A stretch of DNA of 64,000 bases from an uncultured Bacilli bacterium (lineage in GTDB: Bacteria > Bacillota_I > Bacilli_A > RF39 > UBA660), in assembly GCA_934096295.1 (NCBI GenBank), contig CAKOLL010000005.1, positions 16,761 through 80,760 on the forward strand, given 5' to 3'. A program made the translations under genes and the position numbers. The notes under the pieces were generated by a model. The model ran no database searches. It had not been told where the DNA came from and worked only from the letters and a program-made list of their open reading frames with translations. This document shows positions 58,759-64,000 of the stretch, in pieces (positions within the stretch are counted from its first letter, which is position 1; each line of letters begins with the position of its first letter).

Positions 58759-59373
58759 TTAATCACTTATTTTCTTTCTATCTTCTAATGCTTTATCTAA
58801 TGTTATTATATCTAAATAATCAATTTCAGCTCCCATCGGAATACCATATGAAAGTCTTGATATTAATACATTCTTTTTTTCAAATATTTTTTTTATATAT
58901 AATGTGGTTGTTTCTCCTTCAATTGTTGACTTTAACGCTAATATCAATTCTGGTTTTTCAGCCTCTTCAACTCTTCTTACTAAACTAGCTAAATTAATAT
59001 TATCAGGCCCAATATTATCTGCTGGACTAATAAGACCATTTAATACATGATAAACACCACGATAATTACCAGCCTTTTCAAAAGAAAAAACACTTTTATA
59101 ATCTTCAATTACACAAATTAAATTCTTATTTCGAGATGAATCACTACATATATTGCAAATATCATTTTCAGTTAAATGTCCACAAATACTACATTTATGT
59201 ATTTTTTTTATATTTTTAAGTGAATCAGAAAACTTATCCAAATCATCTTCTTTAAAATTTAACGTTGCAAGTGCTAATCTTTCAGCATTTTTCTCTCCAA
59301 TTCCTGGTAATTTTTTATAATAATTTATTAATTTTTCTAATGATTCAGGATATATCATTTTAAAAAAGTCCAC
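58759..59373 (-). CDS. recR: recombination protein RecR
   Basis: HhH (LPGIGEKNAERLA), a C4 zinc finger (CSICGHLTENDICNIC) and a Toprim domain. Confidence 0.9.
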   Translation of the reverse strand: MDFFKMIYPESLEKLINYYKKLPGIGEKNAERLALATLNFKEDDLDKFSDSLKNIKKIHKCSICGHLTENDICNICSDSSRNKNLICVIEDYKSVFSFEKAGNYRGVYHVLNGLISPADNIGPDNINLASLVRRVEEAEKPELILALKSTIEGETTTLYIKKIFEKKNVLISRLSYGIPMGAEIDYLDIITLDKALEDRKKISD

Positions 59374-59653
59374 TCATAGATGCATAACTACCTAATTTAC
59401 TTTCAGTCTCTTTATCAATTTTACTAAATGCATCTTTAATTGCTATCATAATCATATCTTCTAGCATTTCTTTGTCATCAGCATCAAATTCATCCTTTAA
59501 AATTTTAAAAGATTTTATTTCTCTTTTTCCATTAAACACTATTTCAACCCATTCTGATTTTCCAAGAAATTCCATTGCATCAATTTCTTCCTTTTTCTTT
59601 GTAATATCCCTTTGCATTCTTTGTGCTTGTTGCATTATTTGTTGCATATTCAT
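59360..59653 (-). CDS. ybaB: nucleoid-associated protein YbaB/EbfC
   Basis: 97 aa; conserved dnaX-ybaB-recR arrangement. Confidence 0.85.
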   Translation of the reverse strand: MNMQQIMQQAQRMQRDITKKKEEIDAMEFLGKSEWVEIVFNGKREIKSFKILKDEFDADDKEMLEDMIMIAIKDAFSKIDKETESKLGSYASMSGLF

Positions 59654-59672
59654 TTTATTTTACCTTCTTTCT

Positions 59673-61283
59673 TTATTCTACCTCAATTTTATTTATATCA
59701 AATATATCAGCAACATCAGATATATCAATATCTTTATTATCTTCTTTCGATAATTCACTTTCTTCTTGTTTTATATATTTATAACCATTTTTTAAATTAT
59801 TTATATATTCTTTTTTTTCACTTTGCCATTTTTCTTCATCTATAAATACAAATTTATAATTCAACTCATACTTTCTACTAAACAAATCCTCTATTAAATT
59901 AACTTTTTCATTTAACTCAATATCTACATGAGGAATAGTGACATCAATTATTGCAAATTCTTTAGATGCCGTTACCACAATTGTATCACTTATTATACCT
60001 TTAATTGTTGAGTCATCTAAACTATTAATAAATTCATTCCATTTAATCTTCATTTCGTTTAGATCATTTTTAGAAGCCTCAGCAAAACAATTATTAATTC
60101 TAATATCTACATTTTTATTATCTGTTTTTTTTATCAAACTTTTTTCAACACTTACATCTGCTTTTTCCAGATTTTTAGGAATCTCAACAACTATTTTTTT
60201 TTCTATTTTTTTATTATTTTCCTCATTACTTTTTTTCTCAATTTTATCATTTAATTTAGGTTTATCGATATAGCCTAACACAATCATTTTAATAAGTAAA
60301 TATGGATTTACACTAATATTAATTTTCATTAATATATTATTTAGTTCTATAACTAAATTTTTATAATCATCAAATGATAATCGTGATATCTCTGGGTTAC
60401 TTAATATTTTCACTCCTTTTTCACTCAAAATCATAATTAATTTCTTAATAAAAACTTTATAATTCAAATTTGCATTTTGTAAATCATTAAACACATTTTC
60501 TATATTTGTGACATCATTATTATCAATATATACTAATAAATCCTCTATTTTTTTGTTTGAAATATTCCCAATTTCTTTAGAAACCAAGGAACTTGTTATT
60601 ATCTCTTCATTTTTAGATAACTGATCTAGAATACTTAAGGCATCTCTAAGCCCTCCATCAGCTAAAGTTGCTATTTCTTGTAATCCATCCATTTCATATT
60701 TTATTTTTTCTTCATCACAAACATACTTTAATCTATCTATTATATCTTGTTCTGTTATTCTATGAAATTCAAATCTTTGACATCTTGATACAATCGTAAT
60801 TGGAACACTTTCCAAATTAGTTGTAGCTAATATAAATATTACGTGCTCCGGAGGCTCTTCTAATGTAAGAAGTAACGCATTAAAAGCACTTTGGCTAAGC
60901 ATATGAACCTCATCTATAATATATACTTTATATTTTAAACTTGTGGGCATTATTTTAACATTGTTTATTAATTCTCTTATTTCATCAACACCATTATTTG
61001 ATGCTGCATCTATTTCAATAATATCGGGATTTCCATTAAAAGAAATACAATTTTCACATTGACCACAAGCAATTCCTGTTTTATTATCTAAACAATTAAT
61101 TGATTTAGCCAAAATTCTCGCCGTAGATGTCTTTCCTGTCCCTCTTGGACCAGAAAATAAATAAGCATGTGCTAATTTCTGCTCTTTGATTGAATTTTTT
61201 AATATTTCTACAACATGTTTTTGTCCAATCAATGAATCAAATCCATCAGGTCTATATTTTCGATATAAAACTTTGTAATTCAT
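59673..61283 (-). CDS. dnaX: DNA polymerase III subunits tau/gamma
   Basis: AAA+ motifs GPRGTGKTS and IIDEVHM, an SRC motif and a zinc module. Confidence 0.9.
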   Translation of the reverse strand: MNYKVLYRKYRPDGFDSLIGQKHVVEILKNSIKEQKLAHAYLFSGPRGTGKTSTARILAKSINCLDNKTGIACGQCENCISFNGNPDIIEIDAASNNGVDEIRELINNVKIMPTSLKYKVYIIDEVHMLSQSAFNALLLTLEEPPEHVIFILATTNLESVPITIVSRCQRFEFHRITEQDIIDRLKYVCDEEKIKYEMDGLQEIATLADGGLRDALSILDQLSKNEEIITSSLVSKEIGNISNKKIEDLLVYIDNNDVTNIENVFNDLQNANLNYKVFIKKLIMILSEKGVKILSNPEISRLSFDDYKNLVIELNNILMKINISVNPYLLIKMIVLGYIDKPKLNDKIEKKSNEENNKKIEKKIVVEIPKNLEKADVSVEKSLIKKTDNKNVDIRINNCFAEASKNDLNEMKIKWNEFINSLDDSTIKGIISDTIVVTASKEFAIIDVTIPHVDIELNEKVNLIEDLFSRKYELNYKFVFIDEEKWQSEKKEYINNLKNGYKYIKQEESELSKEDNKDIDISDVADIFDINKIEVE

Positions 61284-61315
61284 ATATAAAACCTCCTGTT
61301 TCTATTATAACACAA

Positions 61316-61738
61316 CTATTGTTTTTTTTCTCTTAATTCTTTAAAAAAAATACTTAAAATACTTAAATATTCTTGTTCTTTTAAATGATTATTTATTTTA
61401 TTAAAATTTGTTTTATAAAACTCTTTTTTTTCTTCTGATTTATCTACTAAATAATATACATTACTTATTCTAGATTGTTTAATAATTTCTGAACACATTG
61501 AACAAGGCTTCAAGGATACATAAAGATCACAACCATTTAAATTCCAATTATTTAATTTTTTTTGTGCATCTATAATAGCATTTATTTCAGCATGGCCCAA
61601 AACATTTTGGTCCTTTTCCCTCGTATTATAACCAGATGAAATTATTTTCCCATCTTTTACTATAATTGCTCCAATTGGAACATCCTTATATACTAATGAT
61701 TGTAATGATTCTTTTATAATAAGATCTATATTATTGTG
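61316..61738 (-). CDS. tadA: tRNA-specific adenosine deaminase TadA (start adjusted to the ATG preceded by GGAGG; the listed ORF extends to an upstream GTG that overlaps the SRP RNA)
   Basis: HAEINAI and PCSMC zinc-binding motifs. Confidence 0.85.
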   Translation of the reverse strand, partial: HNNIDLIIKESLQSLVYKDVPIGAIIVKDGKIISSGYNTREKDQNVLGHAEINAIIDAQKKLNNWNLNGCDLYVSLKPCSMCSEIIKQSRISNVYYLVDKSEEKKEFYKTNFNKINNHLKEQEYLSILSIFFKELREKKQ

Positions 61739-61760
61739 CATATTTTTTCCTCCAAAAAAA

Positions 61761-61837
61761 ATGTGCACACAAACATAGGCTGATGTGGCTGCTATTTTCC
61801 AATCCTGACCAAGTTACAGCATATTTGTTGCACGGTT
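61761..61837 (-). ncRNA. ffs: small (4.5S-type) signal recognition particle RNA
   Basis: Minus strand ...ACUUGGUCAGGAUUGGAAAAUAGCAGCCACAUCAG... matches the universal domain IV motif (GGUCAGG-N3-GGAA-N3-AGCAGCC). The 5' and 3' arms pair (GUGCAACAAAUAUGCUG / CAGCCUAUGUUUGUGUGCAC). A sigma-A promoter TTGACA-17-TACGAT lies upstream at about 61842-61870, and the RNA is followed by a T-run. It sits in the conserved tadA-scr-dnaX neighbourhood. Confidence 0.6.
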
Positions 61838-62023
61838 AAATCGTATCAAATAAACTAATACATGTCAATACTTTTCATAACATTTCATGATTTAAATTTC
61901 TTGTTGATAACTAATATTTTTATTTTTAACACACTCAATTTTTTAGCATATATTAGCCAAATTTTGTAACTAGTTAAAAATATAAAATTACTTTATTTAG
62001 CAATTTTTGATATTTTTCAAAAT

Positions 62024-62186
62024 ATTTCCCGGGAAATATTTTGTTAATAATTATAGTTTTCAAACTGTTGTTAATAATAAAGATCAAACAACCATTTACC
62101 CCTTTATTTAATTAATAAAAATCATTTTATCATTTTACAAAAAAACAAATAAAAATATTATGTTAACTAATTATTTCCCGGGAAAT
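62024..62186. promoter_or_regulatory. two perfect 14-bp Noc-binding-site (NBS) palindromes, ATTTCCCGGGAAAT, 149 bp apart
   Basis: Exact matches at 62024-62037 and 62173-62186 in an ORF-free AT-rich region. The sequence is identical to the B. subtilis NBS consensus. Confidence 0.6.
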
Positions 62187-62286
62187 AATTTTCATAAAAA
62201 GAAACCATGTTTTAATAAAAAAATATTTATCACAATCGTATGTTCGCGTCAAAAAAATATTTTATTATTATATTAATGTTTCACGT

Positions 62287-63052
62287 GAAACAATATATAT
62301 TTATCTTTACCAACATTCTATTAATTAATCAATCATAATTTCTATTACGTAATATAATAATAAAGAAACATATTATCAACACACGTTTCACGTGAAACAT
62401 ACTAGAAAATACAAAAATTAATACATGATCACATCATAATAATACAAATTCCCAATAATTTTACTACACAAATAAAAAATATCTATTAAATTAACAAATA
62501 ATAATAAATTATTAACAATGTTTCACGTGAAACATAAAAAAATTATCAATATTAGTAAAATAAAAAAAAAGAAATTATCAAAAATCAAAGTAACAATAGA
62601 TATATAGAATAAGTAAAATATAAACAAATTATCAACGCACGTTTCACGTGAAACATCGCATAAAATAACAATATAACACAAGAAATAATTAAATAATCAA
62701 TAAAAAATAATATTCTATAAAAAAAGAAAGATCCAAATACTTATTTAAATGCTTATTAAATAACAAGTTATCAACATATGTTTCACGTGAAACATTAAAC
62801 TAATAATCAAATTAACCATAATTAGTACAATAAATAATATATATTTAATAAAATTAAACGTTAATTCAAATAAATATAATTTTAAAAAATATATAATTAT
62901 AAACAAGTTATCAACAACGTTTCACGTGAAACATATACTCTATTTCATTAGAATCACTGATAATTAATAATTAGTATTATTAAACATAAAATTATTAATA
63001 ACAATAATATTAAATAATTAAAAATTTATCAACACATGTTTCACGTGAAACG
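62287..63052. repeat. array of seven parS (ParB/Spo0J centromere) palindromes, TGTTTCACGTGAAACA, at 97-139 bp spacing; five of them are immediately preceded by a DnaA-box-like TTATCAACA/TTATCAACG, one by TTATTAACA, and one (62287) by no such motif
   Basis: The 16-mers sit at 62287-62302, 62384-62399, 62519-62534, 62640-62655, 62779-62794, 62918-62933 and 63037-63052. Three match perfectly and four have a single mismatch at an outermost position. The 14-bp core GTTTCACGTGAAAC is perfect in all seven. Confidence 0.8.
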
Positions 63053-63220
63053 TACATAAAATAATTCAAATAATTATAATTATTAAAAAAATATTTACTA
63101 AATTGTTTGTTGATAACTATTAGATCTTATAAAAAAATAATTAATTGCTAAAATTAATATGTGTTATTAATTCATACCTATTATACATTGTATATACCTG
63201 ATATGTAATAAAAAAGAGAC

Positions 63221-64000
63221 CTATTCAGTCCCTTCATTTGTAACATTTACAGCTGTTTTCTCAGCCACATTATCTTCCATTTGTGATTGATTAGTTTCTT
63301 CTAAAGAATCATTGTTTTGTTCTTCTTTTTCAACTAAACTTATGGTTGAAACTTTTTGATTATCCTTTAAGTTAATAAGTCTTAACCCTTGAGTGACACG
63401 ACCTAATAAGGAAATTTGATCAAGTGGCATTCTCATTGTCATACCCGAATTAGTCATAATAACAAGTTCTTGATTTTCTTGAACTATTTTTACACTAACT
63501 AAATTACCATTTTTATCAGTAATATTCATAGCTTTAACACCTTTTGATCCTCTTCTTGTTTGACGATATTCGCTTACTTTAGTTTGTTTACCATAACCTT
63601 TTTCAGTTACAAGCAATATAGTATCTTCTTCTTTAACAATTTCAGAACAAATACATTTGCTTCCATCTAAGGTAATACCCTTAACACCAGAAGCAGTACG
63701 TCCCATAACTCTAATTTCCCCTTCATTAAATTTAACCATTCTACCACTATCGCTACCTAAAAGTACTAAGTCATTACCAGTTGTTTTCTTAACATCTATT
63801 AATTTATCATTTTCTCTTAAAGAAATACAAATCTTTCCACTATTTCTAATGTTAGCAAATTCACTAATTAATGTTTTCTTAACAACTCCGCCTTCCGTAG
63901 CAAATAATAAGTATTTAGATTCTTCTTCACGATTAATTTGAATAACAGCATTAATTCTTTCATCTTTTTCAACTTGAAGCAAATTAACAATTGGAATTCC
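63221..64000 (-). CDS. gyrA: DNA gyrase subunit A, C-terminal (beta-pinwheel) domain; the gene continues beyond the window end
   Basis: Repeated GyrA-box-like blades (...RGSKGVKAMNITDKNGNLVS..., ...GRTASGVKGITL...). The ORF is open to the window boundary. Confidence 0.85.
   Translation of the reverse strand, partial: GIPIVNLLQVEKDERINAVIQINREEESKYLLFATEGGVVKKTLISEFANIRNSGKICISLRENDKLIDVKKTTGNDLVLLGSDSGRMVKFNEGEIRVMGRTASGVKGITLDGSKCICSEIVKEEDTILLVTEKGYGKQTKVSEYRQTRRGSKGVKAMNITDKNGNLVSVKIVQENQELVIMTNSGMTMRMPLDQISLLGRVTQGLRLINLKDNQKVSTISLVEKEEQNNDSLEETNQSQMEDNVAEKTAVNVTNEGTE

Noticed and set aside
61739-61768. Using the listed ORF start (GTG at 61768, MHIFFGGKN...) for tadA
   Set aside because: That N-terminal extension reads through the SRP RNA 3' arm and its U-tract (FFGG encoded by TTTTTTTTGGAGG). 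The internal ATG at 61738 is preceded by a proper GGAGG RBS and gives a normal-length TadA.
61870-63220. That the repeat-rich 1.35 kb region is a CRISPR array
   Set aside because: The repeats are 16-bp palindromes with variable spacing (97-139 bp) inside AT-rich, partly conserved flanks rather than fixed-length direct repeats with unique spacers. No cas genes are present, and the motif matches parS exactly.
61870-63220. That this region is the primary oriC
   Set aside because: gyrA is adjacent, and the conserved dnaA-dnaN-recF-gyrB-gyrA order places dnaA and its flanking DnaA-box clusters beyond the window. The DnaA-like boxes here are all one-mismatch variants tied to the parS unit. I kept it only as a lower-confidence possibility (DnaA-box cluster or secondary element) in the findings.
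61870-63220. An rRNA operon or tRNA genes downstream of gyrA, as in most Clostridia and Bacilli
   Set aside because: I found no 16S/23S/5S-like conserved stretches (for example the anti-SD 3' end or GTGCCAGCAGCCGCGGTAA-like sequences) and no tRNA cloverleaf candidates. The region is about 85% A+T.

Overview
This 64 kb window comes from a very AT-rich (about 25-28% GC), endospore-forming Firmicute that looks Clostridia-like. It is an origin-proximal core segment with classic Bacillus/Clostridium synteny, and nearly every gene is on the minus strand. From high to low coordinates the backbone runs: gyrA C-terminus, an ORF-free AT-rich region, a small SRP RNA, tadA-dnaX-ybaB-recR-holB-yaaT, a tRNA m6A methyltransferase, pth-mfd-spoVT, a T-box leader with dut-metG-tatD, ksgA-yabG-veg-spoVG-yabP-yabQ-divIC, clpP, gap, ftsE-ftsX with an M23 peptidase, gerQ, yitT-yvcK-whiA-nrdG, truA-rplM-rpsI, rRNA/tRNA modification genes, cwlD, htrA, and finally a two-component system with two ABC exporters, a MarR regulator and a DltA-like ligase. 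Several standard neighbours are missing (rRNA operon, ecfA/ecfT, yabA, glmU/prs), which suggests a reduced genome. The most unusual feature is the 1.35 kb ORF-free region between the SRP RNA and gyrA (about 62020-63120). It holds two perfect Noc-binding-site palindromes (ATTTCCCGGGAAAT) followed by seven regularly spaced ParB/Spo0J parS palindromes (TGTTTCACGTGAAACA), most of them directly preceded by a DnaA-box-like TTATCAACA. This is a dense centromere-like array in the spot where related genomes carry an rRNA operon. The second striking element is a tandem trio of very large paralogous genes (664, 854 and 901 aa) that have type IV prepilin-like N-termini, Ig-like repeat modules and Cys/Ser/Thr-rich tails ending in a conserved ...YCYK motif, with no pilus assembly genes nearby. 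Further observations are a 4x23-bp direct-repeat array upstream of an AAA (DUF4143) ATPase, a 21-bp perfect inverted repeat between gerQ and an MBL hydrolase gene, a candidate terminator-containing leader upstream of that MBL gene, a frameshifted DUF218 pseudogene, degenerate ABC-ATPase remnants where ecfA should be, an Abi_2 abortive-infection gene, and a DltA homolog sitting next to a PLP decarboxylase at the window edge.
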